From positions 1-36,126 of the forward strand of contig CBDVEQ010000003.1 of NCBI GenBank assembly GCA_965373045.1: DNA of 36,126 nt, in the 5' to 3' direction. The notes below the pieces were generated by a model. That model was not told the origin of the DNA. It worked only from the letters and a program-made list of their open reading frames with translations, and searched no databases. The DNA comes from an uncultured bacterium (GTDB taxonomy: Bacteria > Acidobacteriota > Aminicenantia > Aminicenantales > Aminicenantaceae). The first letter of the stretch is position 1, and each line of letters opens with the position of its first letter. The translations under genes were made by a program, and so were the position numbers. Of this stretch, positions 15,634 through 25,472 are shown piece by piece.

Positions 15634-17982
15634 ATGACGGAAAACAAATCTCCAATGAAAGATAAAAAACCGGCTGTGGAACTGGCCCGCGACATGGGGT
15701 TGATGCACGTAACCATGATCGGAGTGGGCGCCATGATCGGTGCAGGGATATTTGTTCTGACTGGTATGGCTGCCGGTATTGCAGGCCCGGCGCTTCTTCT
15801 TGTTTTTCTGTTTAATGGGATTGTTACAGGCTTAACAGCCATGGCTTATGCTGAACTGGGCTCCTGTTTCCCAGAGGCAGGCGGCGGTTATCTTTGGGTT
15901 AAAGAAGCTCTCCCCCAGCCGAACGGTTTTTTATCAGGTTGGATCAGCTGGTTTGCCCACGCAGTGGCATGCAGCCTGTATGCGGTGGCTTTTGGCGCTT
16001 TTGCTGTTGACCTTTTCTATAATGCGGGTCTGGATCTGTCCGGTCTGCTTCCTAAGGTGGCCGGTGTTGCGTCCCATGAAGTGGCCGCCAAACTGATCGC
16101 GGTTATCATTGTTCTGCTCTTTGTCTATATAAACTTCCGTGGAGCTAAAGAAGCTGGTCAAGCCGAGACCTTTGTTACTATCATCAAGATCGTGATCATA
16201 GCCCTTTTTGTCGGGTTCGGTGCTTATGCAATGTTCGCAGGAAAAACGCCTGAGCCATGGCAGGGAAATTTTTCCGGTTTTTTCCAGAAGGGGGCGATCG
16301 GAATCATCATGGCCATGGGTTTGACCTTCATTGCCTTTGAGGGGTACGAGATCATCGCCCAGTGCGGCGAGGAGGTCAAGGATCCCAAACGCAATATCCC
16401 CCGTTCAATATTTCTGTCCCTTCTGATCGTCGTCCCTATTTATATCCTGGTCGCCTTTGTGGCGCTGGGCGCGGTGTCACCTGAAGGGGGGCTTCCGACC
16501 TGGATGTACCTGGGCCAGAAGGGCGAACTGGCTATGATCGAAGCAGCCGAGCACTTCATGATGGGTAAGATAGGCCGGATCATCTTTTTGATCGGAGGCC
16601 TGTTTTCTACGATGTCCGCCCTGAACGCAACAATATATTCCTCCTCCCGTGTCAGTTTTGCCATGGGCCGGGATCACAATCTGCCTGGTATTTTTTCCAG
16701 GATCCATGCAAAAACACGAACACCTCATGTAGCAATATTTTTATCAGGCGCGCTCATCATATTTATGGCTGTTGCCCTTCCCATCGAAGACATCGCCAGC
16801 GCAGCAGATGCCATGTTTCTGCTGCTCTTTGTCTTTGTTAACCTCGCCGTTATCAACCTGAGAAAAAACCGTCCGGATCTAGACAGGGGATTCAAAGTTC
16901 CCCTGTTTCCCTATATCCCGGTCGCAGCCGTGGTGTTGAATCTGAGTCTGGCTGTGTTTCTATTCTTCTACAGGCCCATCGGTGTGTTTGTATGTCTCGG
17001 ATACATACTGCTCGGCATTGGGATCTATTATTATTATTCTAAAAAGAAGGAGTTTACAGCCAAGGCTGAGCCGGTCATTCATGCCGAACATCCACTGAAG
17101 CAAGAGGAACCACGTTCTTTCCGCATTCTTGTTCCCATTGCCAATCAGAAAACAGTTGAGCAGTTAATGAATTTTGCGACCAGGATCGCCAAGTCCAAAT
17201 CTGCTGACATTACTGTTATGAATATCATACAGATCCCGGCACAGCTTCCTCCCAGTGAGGGGAGAAAGTATCTCGGCCAGGCGCGGGAATTGCTGTTTAC
17301 AGGAATAAAGGTTGCGGAAGAGCAGGAGATACCGGTCTATTCTCTTGTGAAGGTTTCCCGCAAAATACCCAAAGCTATTATCGAAACATGTGAAGAAAGG
17401 AAGATAAACCTTGTGGTTCTCGGTTGGGAGGGAGATATCCCTGCGCGGAACAGAGTATTTGGAACGATCATGGATGAAGTCATTCTTAACACCACATGCG
17501 ATATTGCCATGGTCTGTAAACCTCCTTCTTACGAAGCAGCTATTGAAAGGATCTTGATCCCTGTCAGCAACATCAATTATGCACTCTTGTCCCTGAAGAT
17601 CGCAGAGGCGTTGACTTCAGAGAATAAAACTCCGATAACTCTGTTCCATGCTGCCAACAGCGATGATACAGAAGCCATTAAACAAAAATTCCTGGAAAAC
17701 CTTCAAAAGAAAAAGGATGAGATCGATCCATCAAGGTATGAAGTTATCATTAAAAATTCCCAATGGGTTGCTGAATCCATTATGGCTGAAGCACAACAGT
17801 ATGATCTTATCATTATGGGGGCCCCGGAAGAGGGTCTTGTGCGGAGGGCTCTCTTCGGCGATCTGCCTGCCTATGTTGCGCAGGAATTGGATACGCCTTT
17901 GATCCTGACGAAAAAATATACGGGGCATGTTAAATCCTGGTTTCAAAAATTCTTTGGGACTCGAAAGACCATGCTGGATTGA
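15634..17982 (+). CDS. APC-superfamily amino acid permease fused to two universal stress protein (USP)-like domains
   Basis: GAMIGAGIF, YAELGSCFPEAGGGY, AFEGYE, EEVKDPKRNIP; RILVPIAN and RILIPVSN USP starts; DLIIMGA; start may be GTG 15628. Confidence 0.9.
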   Translation: MTENKSPMKDKKPAVELARDMGLMHVTMIGVGAMIGAGIFVLTGMAAGIAGPALLLVFLFNGIVTGLTAMAYAELGSCFPEAGGGYLWVKEALPQPNGFLSGWISWFAHAVACSLYAVAFGAFAVDLFYNAGLDLSGLLPKVAGVASHEVAAKLIAVIIVLLFVYINFRGAKEAGQAETFVTIIKIVIIALFVGFGAYAMFAGKTPEPWQGNFSGFFQKGAIGIIMAMGLTFIAFEGYEIIAQCGEEVKDPKRNIPRSIFLSLLIVVPIYILVAFVALGAVSPEGGLPTWMYLGQKGELAMIEAAEHFMMGKIGRIIFLIGGLFSTMSALNATIYSSSRVSFAMGRDHNLPGIFSRIHAKTRTPHVAIFLSGALIIFMAVALPIEDIASAADAMFLLLFVFVNLAVINLRKNRPDLDRGFKVPLFPYIPVAAVVLNLSLAVFLFFYRPIGVFVCLGYILLGIGIYYYYSKKKEFTAKAEPVIHAEHPLKQEEPRSFRILVPIANQKTVEQLMNFATRIAKSKSADITVMNIIQIPAQLPPSEGRKYLGQARELLFTGIKVAEEQEIPVYSLVKVSRKIPKAIIETCEERKINLVVLGWEGDIPARNRVFGTIMDEVILNTTCDIAMVCKPPSYEAAIERILIPVSNINYALLSLKIAEALTSENKTPITLFHAANSDDTEAIKQKFLENLQKKKDEIDPSRYEVIIKNSQWVAESIMAEAQQYDLIIMGAPEEGLVRRALFGDLPAYVAQELDTPLILTKKYTGHVKSWFQKFFGTRKTMLD

Positions 17983-17988
17983 GCCTGG

Positions 17989-20097
17989 CTAATTTTTGAT
18001 ATATTCGATGGTCCAGTTTATGGAACCGTTGTTATCGGCTTGCAGAACGATCTTTTGCATCATGCCGGTTTTTTCGATCTTTTTGACTTTTGCGCCGGTG
18101 CATCGAACGTTTTTAAACTTATATCCCGGCGGCTCTGACACATAGAGGACATAGGGATCGTTTTTAATGACCCTGCTCTTTCCAGAGAGAATAAGATCTT
18201 CCCACCGGACATCATCCAATTCAAAGCCTCCACATGTGATGTGCCGGTTTGTGGCAATTATTTGAGGATGATCCAGCCGTTCACGGATGCAAAAAAGCTG
18301 GCAGTTGAAAAGAGGGTCGATCTTTCCTGACGCAAATTCACCTGAATAACTGCCCATCAACATTTTGGACCAGAATTCAAATACATAATATTCTTTGGAA
18401 GGATCCAATCCCAATTCATAAAACGGGATATTTTTATCCTCTCCGCCAGTACGTCCAAGGAGAACCCAGTTCTCAAAAGACCTGTTGATCTCCAGGAGAA
18501 ACAGATGGACAGTGGGAGTCCGGCCGGCATCAAAGAGCCTTGGACCGGACCCCGTGACTTCGGTATCAACGAGATGAAGGTTCTGTGAACGGCTTGGGTC
18601 CACATCATAGATCTGTCCTGGTTGTGTGAACAGCACAGGAGCCGCTCTTTTAGCCGGATCAACGATATTTGTCCGGTAGACTTCAGGCTTGTCTGTCAGA
18701 AGGAATAAAGATCCAGTGAGTGAAGTGGCCATGGTCGATCGGTATGCTTCCTCCGGTGAAAGTTCGATGTGGTCCGGGTCGTTCAACCAGACAACATTGT
18801 TGAAGGAATTGTACTGGGAGAGTCCGGCAAAGGAATACCCATCAGTGCCGATGCGGCAGCCGTCGATGATACCGATCAGTTCAGGCCTGATCCCCCAGCA
18901 GCCCATCATGAAGGACTCTTTTCCGATCTCTTCGCGGACTGCCTTGACCAGGTTTCGGAAAGCTTCGACCCTGTCTTTTTGCTTTTCCCGGAAGTGATCG
19001 GGATAACTGTTGTATCCTTCATAGCGCAGATGCCTTAAAGCGTCCACTTTAAAATAATCCCACGCCATGTCTTTCAGCCCGCGGTAAATGGGACGCACCA
19101 GCCTGTTGATGGCTTCGGGATTTGAGCCGTCTATAGAGATATCGACCCAGTTTCCTTGCGCCGGATGTCCCTTTTTATCCAGGACAAAAAGGTCTTTGTT
19201 TTTTTCGGCGAAGCCCATCTGGTTAAAAGCGACATTGGTCCAGATCCCCGGTATTAATCCTTTTTTCTTGATGTATTTTGCAAGGTGTTTTAATCCGTTC
19301 GGAAATTTCATATTGGGCTTAAGCCAAAGCTCGGGAAGGCCCTGGCCGCGCTGATAACCGTCGTCGATCTGGAGGTAGTCATAACCGTATGGGAGAAGAA
19401 CCTCAGACAGCACATCAGCTGTTTCCTTAATATTTTCCTCGGTGATATTACTGAAATAAGCGAACCAGGAACACCAGCCCACAATGGGCTTTGGCCAGAT
19501 CCTGTAGGTCCAGGGCTCAAAATATTTCAAACCCCGGTGTTTTTGATAATACCGCGGCCGAAATCGAATGATGATCTCACTGCCTGTTATTTTAACAGCG
19601 TATGTCCGGCCGCTGGCCGAGTCTGATATGGGTGTGATCCTGACGGATGGATTGTGGTCGACGGAAAGGACCCAGTCCCGGGCCCTGTCATAAACGGCTC
19701 TATTAAGACGGCTGTGACTCGGACCGGATGAGTGGCGGACGACAGTCAGACCATGGTCTCTTCGATCCACCTCACAAGGGAAGGATTCTTGTCCGCTAAA
19801 TATTTTGCCCTGAATCTCGATGCTGTCCTGCGGGCGCAGGGTTGTGAAGGTCAGAAGTTGAGTGATAAGGCCCTCTTTTTTAGCGATCACTCTGTTGATC
19901 TTGTAATTTTTTCCGGAGGCGAAAATTTGGCCCTGTAAGATAGGCGTGGATTCATATACCAAAGAAATCGAGGTTCCATTGATAGAGATCTCAGCCGGTT
20001 TATTAGGGGGTGCAGTTGATGCAGCGGCAGTAGCTTGTGAAAAAACGAACAGGATAAAAGATATTGCAAAAAGCCTTATAAATTTTGAGATATTCAT
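17989..20097 (-). CDS. Secreted alpha-galactosidase-like glycoside hydrolase (clan GH-D, GH36/GH27)
   Basis: Signal peptide; GWCSW, QIDDGYQ, KFPNGL, YFKVDAL (nucleophile), RIGTD, NDPD. Confidence 0.85.
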   Translation of the reverse strand: MNISKFIRLFAISFILFVFSQATAAASTAPPNKPAEISINGTSISLVYESTPILQGQIFASGKNYKINRVIAKKEGLITQLLTFTTLRPQDSIEIQGKIFSGQESFPCEVDRRDHGLTVVRHSSGPSHSRLNRAVYDRARDWVLSVDHNPSVRITPISDSASGRTYAVKITGSEIIIRFRPRYYQKHRGLKYFEPWTYRIWPKPIVGWCSWFAYFSNITEENIKETADVLSEVLLPYGYDYLQIDDGYQRGQGLPELWLKPNMKFPNGLKHLAKYIKKKGLIPGIWTNVAFNQMGFAEKNKDLFVLDKKGHPAQGNWVDISIDGSNPEAINRLVRPIYRGLKDMAWDYFKVDALRHLRYEGYNSYPDHFREKQKDRVEAFRNLVKAVREEIGKESFMMGCWGIRPELIGIIDGCRIGTDGYSFAGLSQYNSFNNVVWLNDPDHIELSPEEAYRSTMATSLTGSLFLLTDKPEVYRTNIVDPAKRAAPVLFTQPGQIYDVDPSRSQNLHLVDTEVTGSGPRLFDAGRTPTVHLFLLEINRSFENWVLLGRTGGEDKNIPFYELGLDPSKEYYVFEFWSKMLMGSYSGEFASGKIDPLFNCQLFCIRERLDHPQIIATNRHITCGGFELDDVRWEDLILSGKSRVIKNDPYVLYVSEPPGYKFKNVRCTGAKVKKIEKTGMMQKIVLQADNNGSINWTIEYIKN

Positions 20098-20103
20098 GGA
20101 TTA

Positions 20104-20132
20104 ATAATACTTTATGAACTGATGTATTTCAA
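20104..20132 (-). promoter_or_regulatory. sigma70 promoter placing the TSS at the ATG (leaderless)
   Basis: TTGAAA-17 nt-TATTAT-6 nt-ATG(20097); no SD. Confidence 0.65.
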
Positions 20133-20175
20133 AAGGAAATTCTTATCCTCTTCCACGGCTTTATTTATTTCACCA

Positions 20176-20308
20176 AAATACATTATAATAATTTCGCTAT
20201 GATAAAGGATTGCCTAAATCGCTTGATTTTAGCGATATAGAGACCCTGGGATTGCAGCTTGTGAACGATCTGGTTTCCCAGAAACTGAATGGTCAGACTG
20301 TCTGGTGA
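20176..20308 (+). pseudogene. Remnant of a HisKA_2-type histidine kinase ATPase domain C-terminus
   Basis: 20201-20308 translates DKGLPKSLDFSDIETLGLQLVNDLVSQKLNGQTVW-stop; upstream KYIIIIS lies in another frame; no start, in-frame stop at 20189. Confidence 0.65.
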
Positions 20309-20450
20309 AAAACTCTATGAATATTTTTTCGTATAGAACTGTAGTTAGATTGTGATTATGTAAGACCGAGATAGGAACAGCATTATTTTCCCTCTGTCTT
20401 TTCTGAAAAAGCAGGAAACCGGCAGAGGATATAATAGAAGGAGAAAAAAA

Positions 20451-21578
20451 GTGAACAAGAAAAAAATATCTTTGATCCTGTTATCTCTAGCGTTGATTTT
20501 TGGACTGGCGGGGGCGGCGAGCGCCCAGAAGGTTAAAACCGTTAACGGTGTTGAGATCATCAGTAATCCTAAAAATCCCAAAGCCCCTAAAGATGTTCCC
20601 TCCAAACTTGTATTGAAAGAAGACTTTACAGTCGGGGACAGCGAGAACCTGGATGAGATGATATCCGAAGTGTCCTTTCTCACTGTTGATGATCATGACA
20701 ATCTCTTTGCAGTGGACATCAAGGAAATGAATGTCAAGGTGTATGATTCCAGCGGGGAATATGTCCGTACGATCGGTAAAAAAGGACAAGGTCCTGGTGA
20801 ACTTAATATTCCTGCCGGGATCCTCATCACGCCTGATAACCAGCTTTTAATCCTGGATATAATCAACAGGAGAATGTCTTATTTCACTCTTGAGGGCGAA
20901 TTCACAAAAAATGTTTCGATCGCTGACAAAACATCGCTTGCTAATCCTGCCATGGACGATAAAGGAAACATGGCTGCCATGGAACTAGTCCTTGAGGGAA
21001 AGCAGATGTTCTGGTACATCAGAAAATATGACAAAGACCTCAAGCCGTTGTTCGACCTCAATAAAGTGGAATTTAAAATCCCGGTTGCGGGAAAAAAGAT
21101 GAATCCATTTGATTTTATCCAGTTAAATGTTTTTGACAGCAAAGGCAATCTTTATTTTGGCGATGGCAAGGACTATGTCATAAAGATCTTTGATCCGGAA
21201 GGAAAGCATTTCAGGACTATAGAAAAAAAGTATGATTCGACAAAGATCACAAAAGAGGATATTCAACAAATGCTGGAATCGATACCCAATGTTACAGGTG
21301 TCAACTTGAAAGACATACTGGAATTCCCCAAGTATTATCCCGCGTATGAGAGCTTCACAATTGATGAGGAGGAACGGCTGTTTGTCCGAAGCTACAAGAA
21401 AGGAAAAGAGAAAGACGTCTTTTTCCTTGATATATTCAGTACGGATGGAAAATACTTCAGCACTCTTGCAACAAAAGCCAACCCCCGTGTCTGGAAAAAC
21501 GGAAAGATGTATTCTGTCGAAGAGAACGACGACGGTATTAAGGTTATCAAGCGTTACAGCGTATCCTGGAAGAATTGA
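20451..21578 (+). CDS. Secreted 6-bladed beta-propeller protein (paralog of 574-1650)
   Basis: AAGGAG SD; signal peptide; VKVYDSSGEYVRTIGKKGQGPGEL. Confidence 0.85.
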   Translation: MNKKKISLILLSLALIFGLAGAASAQKVKTVNGVEIISNPKNPKAPKDVPSKLVLKEDFTVGDSENLDEMISEVSFLTVDDHDNLFAVDIKEMNVKVYDSSGEYVRTIGKKGQGPGELNIPAGILITPDNQLLILDIINRRMSYFTLEGEFTKNVSIADKTSLANPAMDDKGNMAAMELVLEGKQMFWYIRKYDKDLKPLFDLNKVEFKIPVAGKKMNPFDFIQLNVFDSKGNLYFGDGKDYVIKIFDPEGKHFRTIEKKYDSTKITKEDIQQMLESIPNVTGVNLKDILEFPKYYPAYESFTIDEEERLFVRSYKKGKEKDVFFLDIFSTDGKYFSTLATKANPRVWKNGKMYSVEENDDGIKVIKRYSVSWKN

Positions 21579-21614
21579 AAAAACGTTTTCACTCAATATA
21601 AAAGGAAAAAACCT

Positions 21615-23201
21615 ATGAAGCGTGTGACTATTCTATTTAGTTTTTTTGTTATTGTAATTTTCACTTTAATACCTGCTTCCTATGCTCTTACAGGTGAACT
21701 GGCGGTTAAATCACCTCCCCCCCGCACAGAAGGAGAAGGGCCCTTTACCAGACTTATTCTTCATGGAGCCACCATTATTGACGGAACGGGCGCAGTGCCC
21801 ATGGGGCCCGCGCAGATTGGAATCGAGAACAACCTGATCAAGTTTATCCGCCAGGTAGGAACGCCCGGTCTTCCTATCCCGGATCCTCCCAAGGAAAAAG
21901 CCGGGCAGAAAGTTCTGGACATGAGAGGTATGTACATTCTCCCCGGTTTTGTGGATATGCATGAGCATATCGGATCGACCAAAGGGATTCCTGCCGAATA
22001 TGTGTATAAACTCTGGTTAGGACATGGCATTACAACCATTCGTGAGGTCGGAACCAGAAACGGCCTCAAATGGCTGATCGACCAGAAAAAAAAGAGCAGC
22101 GCCAATGAGATCACAGCTCCCCGGATCTACCCCTATCATATTGTATGGGCTCAGACACCAGAGCAGGCACGGATGCAGATCCGAAAAAATGCAGCCGCCG
22201 GTGTAGATGGAGTCAAGATCTTTGGCCTTACACCTAAGGTATATGAAGCTGTCATGGATGAGGCCAAAAAACATGGCCTGCGGATCGCCTGTCACCTTGC
22301 CCAAAATGCTGTGGGAAGGACCAATACATTGGACCTCGCGCGCCTTGGCCTGACGACCATGGAACACTGGTACGGCCTCCCTGAATCTTTTCTCGATCAC
22401 AGTACGATCCAGGACTGGCCGCTGGATGCGATATACCAGAATGAACAGGACCGTTTCGGCCAGGCCGGCCGTTTGTGGTCTCAAGCAGCGCCTCCCTACA
22501 GCGAAAAGTGGAATAAGGTAATGGACGAGTTGATAGCGCTCGATTTCACTCTGGTTCCGACCCTGACAATCTATGAAGCCAGCCGGGACCTTATGCGGGC
22601 GCGCCGGGCGGAATGGCATGAGGAATACACACTTCCTGTGCTCTGGAGGCACTACGAGCCGAGCCGGACATCTCATGGAGCATACTGGTATTATTGGACG
22701 ACCGAGGATGAAGTCGCCTGGCGGAATAACTATAAGATTTGGATGACATTTCTCAATGAATACAAGAACCGCGGAGGCCGCGTTACTCTGGGTGCTGACA
22801 GCGGATTCATCTACAACCTCTGGGGTTATGGGTTTATACGCGAGTTCGAACTGTTGCGTGAGGCAGGCTTTCACCCGCTTGAGATCGTTCGCGCGGCAAC
22901 GCTCTGGGGGGCCGAAGCGCTCGGGATAGAGGATGAGCTTGGAACGATCGAAGCCGGCAAACTGGCTGACCTGGTCGTTGTGGAAGAGAATCCTCTTAAA
23001 AACTTCAAAGTCCTTTACGGAACAGGAGCCATTAAACTCAATGAAAAAAATGAGGCTGTTCGTGTTGGAGGAATTAAATACACCATCAAGGATGGGATTA
23101 TCTATGATGCAAAACAGCTTCTGGCGGATGTAAGAGCAATGGTCCGTGAGGCAAAGGAAAAAGAAAATTTCGAGATCATACAGCCCGGGATAAAGAAATA
23201 A
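21615..23201 (+). CDS. Exported amidohydrolase family protein (Amidohydro_1)
   Basis: PGFVDMHEH, GITTIRE, EHWYG, GADSG, GTIEAGKLADLVV. Confidence 0.88.
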   Translation: MKRVTILFSFFVIVIFTLIPASYALTGELAVKSPPPRTEGEGPFTRLILHGATIIDGTGAVPMGPAQIGIENNLIKFIRQVGTPGLPIPDPPKEKAGQKVLDMRGMYILPGFVDMHEHIGSTKGIPAEYVYKLWLGHGITTIREVGTRNGLKWLIDQKKKSSANEITAPRIYPYHIVWAQTPEQARMQIRKNAAAGVDGVKIFGLTPKVYEAVMDEAKKHGLRIACHLAQNAVGRTNTLDLARLGLTTMEHWYGLPESFLDHSTIQDWPLDAIYQNEQDRFGQAGRLWSQAAPPYSEKWNKVMDELIALDFTLVPTLTIYEASRDLMRARRAEWHEEYTLPVLWRHYEPSRTSHGAYWYYWTTEDEVAWRNNYKIWMTFLNEYKNRGGRVTLGADSGFIYNLWGYGFIREFELLREAGFHPLEIVRAATLWGAEALGIEDELGTIEAGKLADLVVVEENPLKNFKVLYGTGAIKLNEKNEAVRVGGIKYTIKDGIIYDAKQLLADVRAMVREAKEKENFEIIQPGIKK

Positions 23202-23204
23202 CGA

Positions 23205-24467
23205 TCAACCTTTCCGGCTGTCATTGACAGCATTAAATACAGCCAGAATGTTTTCTGTCGGGATGTTTGCCTGGATATTGTGGATGGCATTAAAAACGAA
23301 CCCGCTGCCTTCGGAAAAGATGTCGATCCGTTCACGCACTTCTTGATAGACATCCTCAGGGCTGCCGAAAGGAAGCGTTTTTTGTGTGTCCACTCCGCCG
23401 CCCCAAAAAACAATGTCTTTTCCAAATTCCTTTTTTAACTGACCGGGTTCCATCCCCGAAGCAGAGCACTGGACAGGATTGAGAATGTCGAATCCCGCAT
23501 CAATGAAATCCGGGATCAGTTCAGAGACAGCGCCGCAGGAATGGCAGAAGATTTTCCATGAGGTCAGTTCATGAATCTTGTCATTGACAGCTTTTTGAAA
23601 AGGGAAAAACATTTCCTTGTATGTTTTTCTGGAAATGATCAATCCTTGTTGGGCGCCGAAATCCGTTCCAGTGACAAAAAGCACATCGATTCTATCCCCT
23701 ATAACACCAGCAGCAAGTTCGGCATTCTTCAGTACGATCTCACACTGCCGTTCGAAGATCTTCAGAATGTGGTCCTTCCGAAAGGCCAGTGACAGGTACC
23801 ACTCTTCCACGTCCCTGATCCCTTTTGGATTTTTCATCCAGGGTGCGGGAACAAGCGCAATATCGCCAAACGCCAGTCCACCCAGGGTGAGGAAGATGCC
23901 GGAATCGGTATTTTTATAAGCATTTTCGGTCTGCTGTTCAAAATAGGCCAGGTCTTCTTTCCCGATGATACTGAATTCCTCGAGATTGTCTTCCGGATCC
24001 AGGCTCTGCTCATTGAGGGGCGGCTGACGGTTGAGGGAGTCGAAAAAATGTCCGGATTTCGGCATCACAGCGCACGGTGGGACAGATGTATCGCCTTCGG
24101 GATAAATAAACATGTTTCCCTGCTCGTCCCGGGTTGTGTTGAATTTTTCAGGAACCAGCACAGGTGTGCCGTCACTCAGGGAAAAAGGCTTCCACCCCTT
24201 GTTGGGAAAACCGAACATGTTGTTTGGAGGGCTGATGCCGATGACATCGATTCCCAGGGCCTGTCTCAATTCAACGTCGATTTCCCCCAGCATCTGGTAT
24301 GGTTCGATGATCTTAACGCGGTAGTCGCCCGGCCCAAGGACCGCCTGTCGGATGCGGTGTACAGCGGAAGCGGCCAAGCCAGTCACGGCACAGGCTCCAA
24401 AATCCACACAAAGTTGGTCAACCGGTTTGTGATTAATAGCTGCTTGAAGTCGCTCTCTGGAAGTCAT
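23205..24467 (-). CDS. Uroporphyrinogen decarboxylase (URO-D)/MtaA-like methyltransferase family protein
   Basis: MTSRERL..A..H..D, TDFGAQ, HSCGAV, FDILNPVQ, FWGGGVDTQ, HNIQANIP; alternative GTG 24479. Confidence 0.85.
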   Translation of the reverse strand: MTSRERLQAAINHKPVDQLCVDFGACAVTGLAASAVHRIRQAVLGPGDYRVKIIEPYQMLGEIDVELRQALGIDVIGISPPNNMFGFPNKGWKPFSLSDGTPVLVPEKFNTTRDEQGNMFIYPEGDTSVPPCAVMPKSGHFFDSLNRQPPLNEQSLDPEDNLEEFSIIGKEDLAYFEQQTENAYKNTDSGIFLTLGGLAFGDIALVPAPWMKNPKGIRDVEEWYLSLAFRKDHILKIFERQCEIVLKNAELAAGVIGDRIDVLFVTGTDFGAQQGLIISRKTYKEMFFPFQKAVNDKIHELTSWKIFCHSCGAVSELIPDFIDAGFDILNPVQCSASGMEPGQLKKEFGKDIVFWGGGVDTQKTLPFGSPEDVYQEVRERIDIFSEGSGFVFNAIHNIQANIPTENILAVFNAVNDSRKG

Positions 24468-24570
24468 ATCGGCAATCACGATATCAATTTGACTTTATTT
24501 GTTCAAGTAAGGTCTCCAATTTTTTCCTCCTGAACTTTATTATGTGAATGAAACACATTATAATCATATT

Positions 24571-25443
24571 ATGAAAAGGAAGCTGGAAGTCTTATTTCTG
24601 GTCGTTTTAATTGGCGTGGCGCTGGCTTCGCTGGTGCTGACAACCGGCCCGGGAAAACGGACAGAATTATCCATTTATCAGACACATTCCCCGGGTTCTG
24701 TTCTAGAGAAGAAAGAGACGACTGTGCGCAATGTGACAAATGACACTGTTGCCTACACAATAAAATGGGCCGATGGATCAGAAAAAATGCAGGAAAGAAG
24801 CCTTAAGGTAGGGGAGATCGATCGAATCGTGACATCAAGGCCCCTGGAAATCATATTCACGCGGGCCGCCCGGTCAGAATCATTTGAATTGACAGCCGGA
24901 AGTCCCTATTCTTTTCGCTATGATGAAAACGATCTGCTTCAGATATATGATGGATCCCATGGAAGGGATGATGCTGTTGATCTGGCCCCCTATGTGACAA
25001 CGCCAATGAATGTGGTCGAGAAGATGCTGGAGATGGCAGAAGTGGATAAAGAAGATGTCATCTTTGACATCGGATGCGGAGACGGCAGGATCGTGATAAC
25101 GGCTGCCAGGAATTTCGGGGCAAAAGGGATTGGCATTGATATTGATCCTCAGAGGATCGAAGAGTCAAGAGCCGGAGCCCAGGAGGCTGGAGTCAGCCAC
25201 CTGGTTGAATTCCGGTTGGGGGATGCCACCAAGATGGACCTGACCACAGCGACCGTTGTAACCATGTATCTGCTTCCTGAGTCGAATGCTTTGCTGATCC
25301 CGCAACTGGAAAAACTCAGACCTGGAGCTTATATCGTTTCTCACAATTACTCCATTCCCGGATGGGAGCATAAGGAGATCGAATCCGAAGATATCGCAGA
25401 TATAACCGGCAAAAATCACAGCATCTTTCTCTACCGCAAATAA
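24571..25443 (+). CDS. Membrane-anchored class I SAM-dependent methyltransferase
   Basis: N-terminal hydrophobic helix; APYVTTP, DIGCGDGRI, GIDIDP, VVTMYLL, IVSHNY; TATAAT 6 nt before ATG 24571. Confidence 0.85.
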   Translation: MKRKLEVLFLVVLIGVALASLVLTTGPGKRTELSIYQTHSPGSVLEKKETTVRNVTNDTVAYTIKWADGSEKMQERSLKVGEIDRIVTSRPLEIIFTRAARSESFELTAGSPYSFRYDENDLLQIYDGSHGRDDAVDLAPYVTTPMNVVEKMLEMAEVDKEDVIFDIGCGDGRIVITAARNFGAKGIGIDIDPQRIEESRAGAQEAGVSHLVEFRLGDATKMDLTTATVVTMYLLPESNALLIPQLEKLRPGAYIVSHNYSIPGWEHKEIESEDIADITGKNHSIFLYRK

Positions 25444-25472
25444 TTTTTGGAAGGCTGGATTATTCTTGGATT

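Noticed and set aside
20430-20435. TATAAT before the second beta-propeller gene
   Set aside because: No -35, and the implied TSS would fall within the SD
22017-22874. Long antisense ORFs (also 12253-12894, 26712-27458, 34305-34856)
   Set aside because: Shadow frames opposite well-supported genes, with no motifs or RBS
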